Below are positions 1 through 12,900 of a stretch of 64,000 nucleotides of DNA, piece after piece. A model generated the notes under the pieces. It saw only the letters and a program-made list of their open reading frames with translations. It ran no database searches and had not been told where the DNA came from. Numbering within the stretch: position 1 is the first letter of the stretch; each line of letters begins with the position of its first letter. A program made the position numbers and the translations under genes. Source of the stretch: Octopus sinensis (taxonomy: Eukaryota); the NCBI RefSeq assembly GCF_006345805.1, contig NC_042999.1:40424001-40488000 (forward strand), in the 5' to 3' direction.

Positions 1-354
1 CTCTAACAATCAGGGGGCCCTCTCAGTGTAAGTTATCTCTTCACCCCCACATGCTTTCTAAAACAAAATGCTGTACAATCTTCTCTTCTTTTACAACTTA
101 ACCCGTTTCCTTTAAAGGTTTCACAAGGCGGCCTTTACTTGATCAATATATTTTAAACCATATTTTCCCAACTTCTCTGTGTATTCACCATGATCATTCA
201 TCTTCCAGTTTACTGACTCGCAGAATTTCATTCTATGTACTGGAACAGGTTTTTTTCTAAATACCTTTTTTTAACATGTCTTTCATTATTACATTTGCAT
301 GACCGGACTTCCCTTTTGTAGCTCTCTCGTTTTTAATAATCGGATCATTTATGC

Positions 355-432
<78 letters not shown>

Positions 433-436
<4 letters not shown>

Positions 437-920
437 CAATAGTAATAAAGTGTAAAATTAATTAATAATTTTACCAAGTAGTTTGGTATGTTAAAATAAC
501 CTTTATCGGTAACCTTATACAAAACTTCTATAATTATAAGCATAATTAAAATTAGGGTTATTGCTTCACCACATGCCGAAATTTAGAAATAGCGGTTAAA
601 TACTATTCCTCTGCCATAAGATATCTCCCAGACAGCAATACTCTTATTTTACGAATCTACACGACTTCGATTAACCACATTTTTTTCTCTTTACTTATGG
701 GGGTCGAACAATAGTTAATTTTATTATTAAGTATTGTGTGATCATTAGTTTCGTTGTCCAGCAGTTCTTCAGTGACTCGAAGTCTTCTGTAGAATTCCTG
801 GATATCATTTTGTGTATCATTTAAGTTCGATCTTTGTGGTTCTGGTGTGAATTCCAGTCCTTTCGCAAGAATTTTGAGTTATTGTATTGAAAAGGTTTTA
901 TGTGAGAGATTTATAACCTT
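433..920 (-). mobile_element. Penelope-like element remnant (N-terminal ORF piece joined to a 3'-terminal segment)
   Basis: Minus-strand translation of ~690-920 gives VINLSHKTFSIQ*LKILAKGLEFTPEPQRSNLNDTQNDIQEFYRRLRVTE, matching the PLE N-terminal pattern VINLS...L.KGL.F.PTP...DI..F.RRLRL. 433-610 resembles part of the 546-bp monomer at 4114-4659 and abuts (TA)n at ~357-432. Confidence 0.7.
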
Positions 921-2032
921 CGGGATCTCACATTTGGTTGCTGCCATCAAGTGTCCCAATTCTGGCCCAGTTTGCCCCAAAAATTGTTTCTTGCATTTTG
1001 ATAGAATGAATTAGTGGTCTGGTTGTTTGTTCTTCCGTTGACCCTTGGTCTATCGTGGGTTCTCCGTTGTGGTCGTTTCTGAGTGGGTTGTCGTAATGGT
1101 TATATCTTGTGGTTTGGACGAAGTGGACGTTGTAAAATATATGTCTCCGGCGGGAGAAGACTCAATCCCTCCACAAAAAAAAACAACTAGATAAAAGATA
1201 TATAATTTTTCAGAAATTTAGTAACACTCTTCCACGCAGGTTTCGAAACCGCAACTCCAAATCACCATACACTAACACCACACAAGCACCAGTTAGTGAC
1301 GTCACCTAACTCTAGATCAATGAAATTTTACAAGTACCAGTTGGAGACGTCTCCAAAGACAAAACCAATGAAATTTTACCTAGGATCAAAACCGAGCTTC
1401 AGCAAATACGACAAAATTACCTTTTAAGAGAATCAACCAAATGGAAGGGCAATGACCGTTCCCCAACAGGGAAACCAACCAGGAAGAACGACAAACTCAA
1501 CCACCAGAAAAGCAACACGTCACCAGTACTTTAACGAATCAAATATAAATATTTCCGATCCGTTCACAGAAATATTTATAAACACACCGGATTCCAAAAA
1601 ACGCCGTTAGAAGCGAAAGTCCATGTACAGGATGGAAAGAGAATTAAAGAAACTGTAAACAAAACCTTTTTCTACTATCTTTATTTCTCCCTTGTTTTTC
1701 TCCCTCTTAGCTCAAGATGACTAAAACTTTGATGATCCACATTTCTAATCGATTACTACAAATTGTTTTGAATTTTGTGCATTTAAACAAGATGATCCAC
1801 ATTTTTACATTATTGACTGTTATGAACATATAAACTTGAGAACATTCCAACTTTCATAATTTAAATTTTTTACCATTGATAAACGAAAATTATTGTTGTA
1901 ACTAGTTTGTTATATATGTAAATAAAATGATTTAAAAATAATTAGATTTTTTGCCAGTATAGGCAATAAAAGCACACACATTATATGTTTGGTGTACACT
2001 TACTTCAGTTATATTTCTTAATTATATTTCAG

Positions 2033-2072
2033 TCAGAGTTCTATCGTCACGTTTCTGTGATCTCATCAGTAA
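2033..2072 (-). ncRNA. Decayed minimal hammerhead ribozyme motif
   Basis: Minus strand reads CTGATGA-G-ATCAC-agaaac-GTGAC-GATA-GAAC-TC-TGA. The CUGAUGA box is intact; the GAAA box reads GATA. Homologous to 2288-2327. Confidence 0.45.
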
Positions 2073-2287
2073 ATTAAAAAAGGAAAGAAATGAAAAAGTA
2101 AGTAGATAAAAACAAATGAATAAATTTAAAAAACTTGAATATAAAAAGGATACTGATAATGCAGGTACCATACACATTCCCACACACACAGGAGTATACG
2201 CATACGCAAGTAAAAACACACGCAACAGGAATACAAAATGTTAGATAGTTAGAAAGGACAGAAAAAAAGAAAGATGAAAGCGAATAA

Positions 2288-2327
2288 CCACTGATGAGGT
2301 CCCAGAAGTGTGACCAAAGAACTCTGG
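2288..2327 (+). ncRNA. Decayed minimal hammerhead ribozyme motif
   Basis: CCA-CTGATGA-G-GTCCC-agaagt-GTGAC-CAAA-GAAC-TC-TGG. Stem I is CCA/TGG, the CUGAUGA box is intact, and the GAAA box reads CAAA. Confidence 0.5.
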
Positions 2328-2426
2328 CTGAAATACAATTAATATGAAATAAAGTTGAAGTAAGTGAACACCAAATGTATAGTGCGCTTGCCTTCATTAG
2401 CTAAACTGGCAATATGAACATCCCCA

Positions 2427-2492
<66 letters not shown>

Positions 2493-2604
2493 TAGATAGA
2501 TAGATAGATAGATAGATTAGATAGATAGATAGATAGATAGATAGATTGATAGATAGATATTTATTTATTTATATTTATATATATATACATACATACATAT
2601 ATTG

Positions 2605-2740
2605 TTTTCAAATTTCAGCATAATGGTGGAATTTTGGAGACAGGAGTAAGTTCATTACATCGATCCTAGTCCTCAAATGGCACATATCCTATAGACTCCG
2701 ATAAGATTAAAGATAAAGTTAATCTCGGATTTTGAACGTT
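2605..2740 (-). mobile_element. Old SINE fragment (family B)
   Basis: Diverged reverse-complement match to the body/tail of the SINE at 14832-15038 (e.g. TTACATCGATCCTAG...AAAGTTAATCTCGG...TTTGAAC). Confidence 0.45.
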
Positions 2741-3285
2741 GTTATGTTTTACTGACCAGCGTAAACTCGCATTTTTATTTTACTTTTTTATACTCATATA
2801 TATATTGAGAGAAACATCTATGTGTATACAAAATTCTTCTACATATATGAATATGAATACCGACATGGATATCACAGTGGCTTATATTTTTATTCCTATG
2901 TATATGTGTGGTTTTATGCCTGTATTTTACGTATAGTAAATGACTTCGTATGTCGAACATGAATGACGGAAGAGCGTCGTGGAAAGAGAGAAACTGGAAG
3001 ATGCAAAAAAAAATTCCTAAATAATGAAACAGATACTGCAATTTTTAAAAAAAAATTCCACTAATATCAGTGAACCTGTGAACCTCAAAAGCATCTTAAA
3101 GATTCTACATCGTCATTTGTTTATCATGTGCTTCTACTTTAGTTCCAGTATATGCTTTTTGTCTGTATATATACGTACTGTATGTTTTCGTATATATAGT
3201 CATATACATATACTTCTAATGATCTATATATGTTATACCATTATAATTATGTGTATATATATATATATATTATATATATATATAT

Positions 3286-3331
<46 letters not shown>

Positions 3332-3342
3332 CATATATATGA

Positions 3343-3404
<62 letters not shown>

Positions 3405-3847
3405 TTATTCATATATGTGTGCGTTTTCAGGAGTGATTGCGTCTGTCTATTCCTATGTAGACTGTTGGTGAGTATCATATATGGATGGATATGTTTAATG
3501 CGAATATGATTGTGATATTTACGTATTAATAACTAATACACTCAAATCTATAGCTCTACTGACAGAATATATCTATAGATCGGAAGTAAAGGTCAATTCA
3601 CATAGATGCTTCATGGCAGCCATCTTAACTGAATGTGAATAAAACAGATTGAATAGGTTTTGTAAACGAGAAAGAATGGAAAGAAAAAAATGTATATGTA
3701 TTATCGGAAAGAAATGAATACACATAATAATAAATCATATAGAAATACACAAAAATACACACTCACCCACATACTCACATTCGCACATACGAACTCACAA
3801 ATATACATATGTGTAAGTATATATGTACACATATGCATATTGGAATG

Positions 3848-3885
<38 letters not shown>

Positions 3886-3913
3886 GTACATATATATATA
3901 AATATATATATAT

Positions 3914-3966
<53 letters not shown>

Positions 3967-4023
3967 GTGTGTGTACATTTCAATATACGTAATTGCACAT
4001 ACATATATATATTTATATATATG

Positions 4024-4054
<31 letters not shown>

Positions 4055-4404
4055 ATATAAATATATATATGTATGTGCAAATACGTATATTGAAATGTTA
4101 TATATATTTATATATAATTTCAACAATTGAGGGCAAAATTAATTAATTATTAATCAATTTCACCAAGTGTTCAGTATGCAAAGGGACCATTCAAGGCGAA
4201 TTCAAATTATTACATTATATAAAAGGGCTTAGTAAAATAAATTACTTTGCCGCATACTGAACTCATTAGAAATAGCAGCTAAAAAACTTTTTTTAAACTA
4301 TTTCTAATACTTAAAGAAAATCTCTCTCATATATAGTGTTTGCTTAATTCAACTCACAAAAGTTTGGGGGTAAGGACATCGAAAAATCAAATGCTAAGGT
4401 TATT

Positions 4405-4457
4405 TGAGAACGTACGTTTCAAGATTAGTCAAAAACAACACTTCTATCATCAGCTCA
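4405..4457 (-). ncRNA. Minimal type I hammerhead ribozyme (copy 1)
   Basis: Reverse complement of the motif at 5153-5205. Confidence 0.75.
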
Positions 4458-5152
4458 GAAATTCCTTGGTTTGGATTTGGAAACACTGAAAATAAGAACA
4501 TACCTTTTCGAAGATCTGCTCGTAACTAACAGTGCCAACAAATTCAAATAAGCAAGCGAAGAATCTCTGTTCTCCCCTTTCCACCAGCGTGGGTTAAAAT
4601 CATCAAACACTATGCTTATTTCGGTAAAATCCGAAGCATTAATCAGAGGGAGATTAATTATAATTTCAACAATTGAGGGCAAAATTAATTAATTATTAAT
4701 CAATTTCACCAAGTGTTCAGTATGCAAAGGGACCATTCAAGGCGAATTCAAATTATTACATTATATAAAAGGGCTTAGTAAAATAAATTACTTTGCCGCA
4801 TACTGAACTCATTAGAAATAGCAGCTAAAAAACTTTTTTAAAAGCTATTTCTAATACTTAAAGAAAATCTCTCTCATATATAGTGTTTGCTTAATTCAAC
4901 TCACAAAAGTTTGGGGGTAAGGACATCGAAAAATCAATTGTTGAAATTATAATTAATCTCCCTCTGATTAATGCTTCGGATTTTACCGAAATAAGCATAG
5001 TGTTTGATGATTTTAACCCACGCTGGTGGAAAGGGGAGAACAGAGATTCTTCGCTTGCTTATTTGAATTTGTTGGCACTGTTAGTTACGAGCAGATCTTC
5101 GAAAAGGTATGTTCTTATTTTCAGTGTTTCCAAATCCAAACCAAGGAATTTC

Positions 5153-5205
5153 TGAGCTGATGATAGAAGTGTTGTTTTTGACTAATCTTGAAACGTACGT
5201 TCTCA
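5153..5205 (+). ncRNA. Minimal type I hammerhead ribozyme (copy 2)
   Basis: TGAG-CTGATGA-[TAGAAGTGTTGTTTTTGACTAATCTT]-GAA-ACGTACGT-T-CTCA. Stem I is TGAG/CTCA, the core CUGAUGA...GAAA is intact, stem III is the palindrome ACGUACGU, and the predicted cleavage triplet is GUU (after 5201). Stem II is imperfect (AGA-AGT/ACT-AA-TCT). Confidence 0.75.
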
Positions 5206-5698
5206 AATAACCTTAGCATTTGATTTTTCGATGTCCTTACCCCCAAACTTTTGTGAGTTGAATTAAGCAAACACTATATATGAGAGAGATTTTCTTTAAG
5301 TATTAGAAATAGTTTTAAAAAAGTTTTTTAGCTGCTATTTCTAATGAGTTCAGTATGCGGCAAAGTAATTTATTTTACTAAGCCCTTTTATATAATGTAA
5401 TAATTTGAATTCGCCTTGAATGGTCCCTTTGCATACTGAACACTTGGTGAAATTGATTAATAATTAATTAATTTTGCCCTCAATTGTTGAAATTATAATT
5501 AATCTCCCTCTGATTAATGCTTCGGATTTTACCGAAATAAGCATAGTGTTTGATGATTTTAACCCACGCTGGTGGAAAGGGGAGAACAGAGATTCTTCGC
5601 TTGCTTATTTGAATTTGTTGGCACTGTTAGTTACGAGCAGATCTTCGAAAAGGTATGTTCTTATTTTCAGTGTTTCCAAATCCAAACCAAGGAATTTC

Positions 5699-5751
5699 TG
5701 AGCTGATGATAGAAGTGTTGTTTTTGACTAATCTTGAAACGTACGTTCTCA
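5699..5751 (+). ncRNA. Minimal type I hammerhead ribozyme (copy 3)
   Basis: Identical to 5153-5205, 546 nt downstream; predicted cleavage after 5747. Confidence 0.75.
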
Positions 5752-7401
5752 AATAACCTTAGCATTTGATTTTTCGATGTCCTTACCCCCAAACTTTTGT
5801 GAGTTGAATTAAGCAAACACTATATATGAGAGAGATTTTCTTTAAGTATTAGAAATAGTTTAAAAAAAGTTTTTTAGCTGCTATTTCTAATGAGTTCAGT
5901 ATGCGGCAAAGTAATTTATTTTACTAAGCCCTTTTATATAATATATTTATATATATGTATATATATATATATTTATATATATACATATATATATAAATAT
6001 ATATATGTATGTGCAAATACGTATATTGAAATGTACACACACATACATGCACACGTAGGTACAGACACGCACACACAGATATATACATATATTTATATGT
6101 GTGTGTTTAAATCTGTGTTTACATATATATGAATATGTATACATATGTGTGTGTATGTGTGTATGCATAAACATACACACACATATATATACGTTTAATG
6201 TAATTACGTGAGCTTATGCGTTGGTGTGTGAAATATTAATATACATAAAACATAACATCCGGATGTAGAAACAATGAGCGTATATATGCATTTCATTAAA
6301 TTGGTGATTGTTATGACCGATACATAGATTTAGATGCTTGCACGTATATGTTTTCCCATATAAATACATATATGTATTGGATCTCACTTAGGTTCCATGT
6401 TTAATGAAAAGATCGTACATTTCGATGTTTAAATCAAATCACTTTTAGCATGTAAATACCTGAGTATTCCGCGGATATGTGTAATATTAACTTTATTTTC
6501 AGGTGTATTCTTTAGGTTGGGTTATTTATAAAAATTCGGAGCGTGCAAATATATGTTAAATCTTTCAGCTGAGATTGGAAAAGTTTGTGTATACCCTATC
6601 TGAATCATTTGAAAACTAGTGCCAGTGACATCACATTACGATGTCACGGGATTTAACGAGCTAGAGTCGAAGCTATATTCAGACATCGTGAATCTAGCAC
6701 TTCGAGGATGTGACAGATGTTTGAGTGAAATATTTGCAACAGCTCACGGGTTGTTTCTTACTAACTCAATAGACTGAAAAAACATAAAATAAAATGCCAT
6801 CTTCAAAGATACAATTTGCCACCTGGTTTACGGAACGAATGATCGAACTTGTGATCATGAATCGAACATTCTAAGGATTAGAGCATGCACATTCAGGGCC
6901 ACACACATATACACAAACATATTCGTACGCACATTTTCACGAGTGCACACGTACGCACAGAGAGAAAAAGCGACGCCGTTTGACGTAGACATACATATAT
7001 AAAGTAAAAATGTGTGAGGGAGATTTCCAAAAGTACTAAACAACATCACTACGTGTCTGTTGATATCTGAATATGAAATTTCCAGAGCATGTAAACATAT
7101 AGAGAAGTTCCTGTATGCGAACTGGAAAACACCACCCTCTCCGGAGTGAACAGCAAATCTCCTAAAGATACGGGACACAACTGTAATTTACCTTTTTCTG
7201 TTTTCTTTTCATTTTCGGTGTTTTCAATCTTCCACCATCAACATGTAACTTCTCCCCCTTTTTTTTAGTTTGCTCTTATCCAATTGTCCTATTTAGTCTT
7301 ATGTTACGTGGGGAAATGCCCGAGGATTGCATAAAGGTACAGGATGTGTTGTAAAATACTGTTAGAGGTGTATTCGTCACATGATACTATTAGTAGCTCA
7401 G

Positions 7402-7433
<32 letters not shown>

Positions 7434-7443
7434 TATATATAAA

Positions 7444-8083
7444 CAAGTGCCTGTCCAACAGTGATTGCATCATCCATACTCTCAACAATGCGCCCTTAAA
7501 TATGGTTTCTGATTACAAATATCTTCGGTCATACATATCATCATCTGGAAAAGATTTTCTAACTAGAAAGGGTATGGCCTGGTCAGCCTGTAATGACATG
7601 CATAAGATCAGGTCATCAAATCTAAGTAGAGACTTCAAACTTGAAATCTTCAAAGCCACAGTCGAACCAATTCTACTATATGGCTCAGAAACCTGGACGT
7701 TATCAAAGAAGCTTGAGAGGCGGTTGGATGGAACCTACACTCGCCTCCTTATGAGAGCTCAAAATCTCTCGTAGAAGCGTCATCCAACCAAAATGCAAAT
7801 ATATGGGAAACTACCACCTGTGTCATCTCTTGTGAAAGGTAGGCGAGTCCAGTTTGCTGGACATTGTTGTAGAGCTGAAAACGAGGCAATTTCTACTCTT
7901 CTCCTCTGGAAGCCATCTACTCGCAATACCAGAGGGCGCACACTCTCCTACCCTGATGTAATCTCCAGGGATTCAGGCATCCAGCAACAGGACCTCCGTA
8001 ATGCTATGATGGACCGTGAAGTCTGGCGTAGCATAGTAAATTCCATTGTCTCGACTACGGTCGAACAATGATGATCATGATGA
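7444..8083 (+). mobile_element. 5'-truncated RTE-clade LINE 3' end
   Basis: ORFs 7502-7774 and 7793-8071 give DYKYLRSYI...FKATVEPILLYGSETWTL...RRVQFAGHC...DREVWR, typical of the RTE C-terminal region. One in-frame stop; ends in a (GAT)n-like tail. Confidence 0.85.
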
Positions 8084-9461
8084 GCTCAGAAAATTATATA
8101 CTGTGTTTATTAAATAATATAGAAAGATGTGTGTGTTTATGTGTGCGTATGTGTGTGGGTATGTGTGTGTTCACGCGCTTGTATGCATGCGTGTGTACGC
8201 TCATATGGGTGGACCAGAGGAGTACGCCTATGTGCAATCAAATCCGAGTGCTTATATCTGTATAATTATATATATTTTTGGGTATTCGTTGAAATGTAAG
8301 ACCTTATATATGTGAGCGCCCTGCATATAATAGCATATGTATGTATGTAGGTTGTAAATTAATTCATCATGAAAGCCACAATTGGTTAGAGCAATTAATC
8401 CCTGAAATGGCGTTCTACATCTTGAAAACAGGTTTACGAGATGGATGGCGATGATACGGTGTCTTTTACGACATGGAAAAAAAAAGAACAACAGGAAAAG
8501 CTATAATAACAACAATACTAACAACAACAACAACAACAACAACAGCAAGGGCACCACTAACATCAGCACCGACATAAACGACTATTCCATACAGGTAGAC
8601 GCTGTGAAATAGATGGATTTTGAGCACGATTGTGGAACATAAAGCAATGTAGTCAAGACTATCGCGGTATCACTTGTATGAGATACGAAATAATATATTT
8701 TGTCATTCGTATACAATTATTAACACAAGATTTATTGAGAAATAAAATTGTTCTGTTCATGTTCTCTTTTTAGGAATGTTAAACGGCAGGGTTTTAAAAT
8801 TCCATCAGTATTGTATTTTTTTTATATATATATCTATGGGATGGGGGATGCAATTTCCGGCGCTGCAGGAAAGCTGTTCAGAATAACTATTAATAATGAG
8901 TCATGGGCGATGCAAGAGTCATGATAATGATAGTGTGTGTACTAAAAATGGAGGGCCAGGTGACTGCAGAAAAATAATGAGATCGACGATTAAGAATATG
9001 ATAAAATGAAATAGAAACATTCGATGGTGAAAGTAAGAGGGAGATATAAAGAAATAAATTGAGACTAATATATCAGACATTATTAATTCCATTTTAAAAC
9101 TGTGTAATTTTTCTGAAATGTATAGGCTGGGAGATAGGAAAATAGAGAGAGAAGGGAATTAGAATTGCAAGAGAGATAGCGATTTTTTGGAAAGTATATA
9201 TATTTAGGCATACACACGCGCATACAGATGACTATGCGTGTCCCTGATCTGTGTTTAGCAATAGTATGATATATAAGGTTAAATGGAGAGAAAAATTAGA
9301 CGTAATAAGTGAGTAGGGGGAAAGAAAATTCAATATATAGATGAATTGATGAGCCTATAAATATACACCATTTCCTTCATGCATAAATAGTGAGGAAATT
9401 GGGAAATTTATTAAAATCAAGTGCTATTTATTAATCTGACCACGTCTTCCATCATAATTTT

Positions 9462-9512
<51 letters not shown>

Positions 9513-9798
9513 TATTATTATTATTATTATTATTCTCAACTCTTTATAAAATATCATACACACATTTCTGAGTGTCGGCTCATACAAATGTACAGAGATA
9601 CATACATATAAAACAGTACGTACATATGTATAGGAATACACTTATGCATAAAAATACTCAAATACATATATTCATATATGTATAGATATACTCACATGTA
9701 TATGTGTATACATAAATTTGCTCATATATACGTATGTATATAAATATACGTTAAAATATATGCCTATATATATGTATGTGTGCGTATATATATATATG

Positions 9799-9834
<36 letters not shown>

Positions 9835-9863
9835 CATACATATATACATATGTATATATATGA

Positions 9864-9901
<38 letters not shown>

Positions 9902-9976
9902 ATGTATATATACATGCATACATATGTAGATATATGTTTGTATATATGATCAGATATAGACATATATATTTATAGA

Positions 9977-10026
<50 letters not shown>

Positions 10027-10901
10027 TACATACATAATAAACACACATATATATGTGTGTATAAGTATATGTATATATATTTCTACGTACACACAAAGGT
10101 ACATATGCAGGTGCATATATGTATAGATATGTGCATGGATGTGTGTGTATAAACTTGCATTGTTGAGTGTGTATTAATGTGTCGGCCTTCCTTCCTTACT
10201 GTTTTGGCGTTTAAATTTAATTTAGGTTTTCTTAAATTTCATTAATTTTGCCAGCCACTAAAGAAAGGAAGTGCAGCAGTGAATCAATCTGTAATACAGA
10301 AGGGGTCTCGTAAATACAATTCATTGTCTTCGTAATTAAATTCTGGTGGAAGGCATCAGATTTTGATAGGTTCAGACGAAGCTTTAACAAACCAATTTAC
10401 AGCAGGTGATTGATAAGTTATTCAGGGAATAATTAGTTAAGTTTATAGTAGAGAAGTTTCGTGTCAGGCAAGAGTAAAAAAAAAAAATGGTACAGTACGG
10501 TGGAGAAAGAAAGGGGTGGGGATATCGATAACACGAAAAGAAATGTTGCATGAACCTATAATTTTCAGGAAATTAGAAAAAGCAGACAACCAATTTGCAA
10601 AGATAATTATAGTTTCTGATATTTTCTCGATGGAATTACCAATTTTCTTTAACCGGTTCTCACAATTCATCCTTTCTTGTTTCATAGCATTACATCATAT
10701 ATGGGCGGACTAGAAACATGAACGTGTCTTAGATTCGTAAAATTTACTGACATACAAGGATAATTTCCCTTTTATTTTCAATTACGTTTTTGTTTCTCTT
10801 TTCTTTTTAGCTTTTGTTTTTATTTCTTCTTTCATTTTCCGTTCGAATTTTTCTTTTGTGTTGCTTCGATTTTCACTTGTTGTGCTAGAGTTTCATATAT
10901 A

Positions 10902-10984
<83 letters not shown>

Positions 10985-11040
10985 TATTATATATATGTAT
11001 GTATATATATATATATATATACATATATATTATATATATG

Positions 11041-11087
<47 letters not shown>

Positions 11088-11789
11088 ATATATATATATG
11101 CAGACACGCAGACACACACATACATATATGTGTGTGTATATATAATGCATATATATACATAAATAAATACGTGGATTAGACATACGAACAAATAACTATG
11201 AATATAAACATATATGCATGTTTCTCTCTTTCCCCCTCTCCCACTCCCACTTTCTCTCTTCCTCTTCCCTTTAATATACATATGGGTGTGTTTGTGCGAA
11301 TATCTCTATGTGCGTATTTGATTTTTCTTTTTATAAATATCTGTACGTTTCGTCTTCGACTTTCCATAACGTATTGCAGCAATGGAACAATTTCTAATTA
11401 GTATGGAAGAGTGTGGCGAGGAATTTCCAGCACATAAATTGTAATTTTGTCACTGTATGAAGATATTTAAAGACAATCCTTTATATATCATAGTTATCAT
11501 TGTAGTTTGGATTGCATTTTTTTTTGCCTGTTATCAGATTTGTAAAATTTGTAAAAATTATTCATATATGCATATATTTTAAGCATATATACGTCTGGAT
11601 GTAGGTGTGTGTGTGTATGTGTTGTGTGAAGTTGTAATTATTACATATGAGTGCCTCATTTCCTCACTCTCTTTCTATACATACATAAGTGTGTACATAC
11701 ATAAGTAGATAGATAGATTGATACATAAGTATATACATACATACATACGTACATGCATAAATACATACATACATACATACATACATACA

Positions 11790-11820
<31 letters not shown>

Positions 11821-11909
11821 TTTCATATATACATACATGTAAAAAAAAACAAAGAAATATTTTCTTTTCTTTCGGATTTTCTTCACAAATGTTTCATTCC
11901 CGATGGAAC

Positions 11910-12341
11910 AGCTAATTTGTCAGGTCAGTTACGAAAGGCTTTCAAATGCTAACGTACGGGGAAAATTGGCCAAAAGGGATCTTGTTTTATCAGGACAATA
12001 CTCCAGCGCATAGCACCTTCGTTTCAATCACTGCTGTGCGTGTCTATGGCATTCAAGTGGTTAATAAGCCTTCGTATTCTCTTGATTTGTCCTCTTTTGA
12101 CTATCACCTATACCCCAACATGGAAACATACTTTGCAGAGAACCAGTAACTCAGTACAAAGGGCGTTATATTTTCTCTTGATGACTTTTATGACCAACAG
12201 AATGTAAACATCTTAACCAACTGGAAAACCAATGGAAAAATTATGTGAACCGTAAAGAGGACTATGCTTTAAAATAAACCACATTTGGTCACATTTCATG
12301 ACAGCATCCTGGTTAGCCAATGAACGTCTCAGCCGACCTTC
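11910..12341 (+). mobile_element. Mariner transposase 3' fragment (degenerate)
   Basis: GILFYQDNTPAHS...VVNKPSYSLDLSSFDYHLYPNM matches the mariner HQDNAPAH...HPPYSPDLAPSD(Y/F)HLF motifs. Confidence 0.8.
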
Positions 12342-12900
12342 ATGTTTGCTGTTAATACTCGACATTGTAAATGAGATCATCTATTATCATGATAACCTAT
12401 GCCTTGTTAAGAGAATTTGAATCTAAACTTACTTAATGCACAAATGAGAGAGGGAAACAGAGAAGAAGAGGTGGAGAAAGCTAGGAAGGGTTGGAGGAAG
12501 AGAAATAGAAGTATGTACGCTTTGCATGCAAGTCTCAATAATGTTCACAGCGTGCAACTCCTGAAATCACTTCTAAAGCTCGTATCCACATATACCGTTG
12601 CAAATAATGCAAAATAGTCTACAACACATTATTTAGGTACATTTATAAAACAGCAGGGATTGTTCTTGTGATGATTTAATGTATTCATTCGCGCAGCTGT
12701 TTTAATAATTCATACGTCATAAATATGAAACATTTAATTTAACCATTTAGCACTTTAGCTAAACATATCCAGCCAGAATATATTCTATATGTTTCATATT
12801 CAAATTAGCCAGATCCTATTTCCCATACTTAGTCTACAATATCATTCTAAAAATTAACAATGACGTCACAGAAAATCTTGAATTTACATAATAATGCGTA

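Larger units (their letters stand above)
4114..5943. repeat. 546-bp monomer in tandem and inverted (fold-back) arrangement; retrozyme/PLE terminal-repeat-like
   Basis: CAACAATTGAGGGC starts at 4121 and again at 4667 (period 546). About 1.5 units run in one orientation to 4937, then about 1.8 units follow as the reverse complement (4938-5943). Copies are nearly identical and flanked by (TA)n-rich sequence. Confidence 0.95.

Noticed and set aside
4455-4682. 75-aa ORF repeated in the 546-bp monomer (also 5474-5701)
   Set aside because: Non-ATG start, no recognisable motif, and it is repeated only because the unit is duplicated.
4114-5943. CRISPR-like or satellite array
   Set aside because: No short repeat-spacer structure, eukaryotic context, and fewer than four units.
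10464-10713. Short ORFs in unique sequence
   Set aside because: No recognisable protein and no convincing splice signals.
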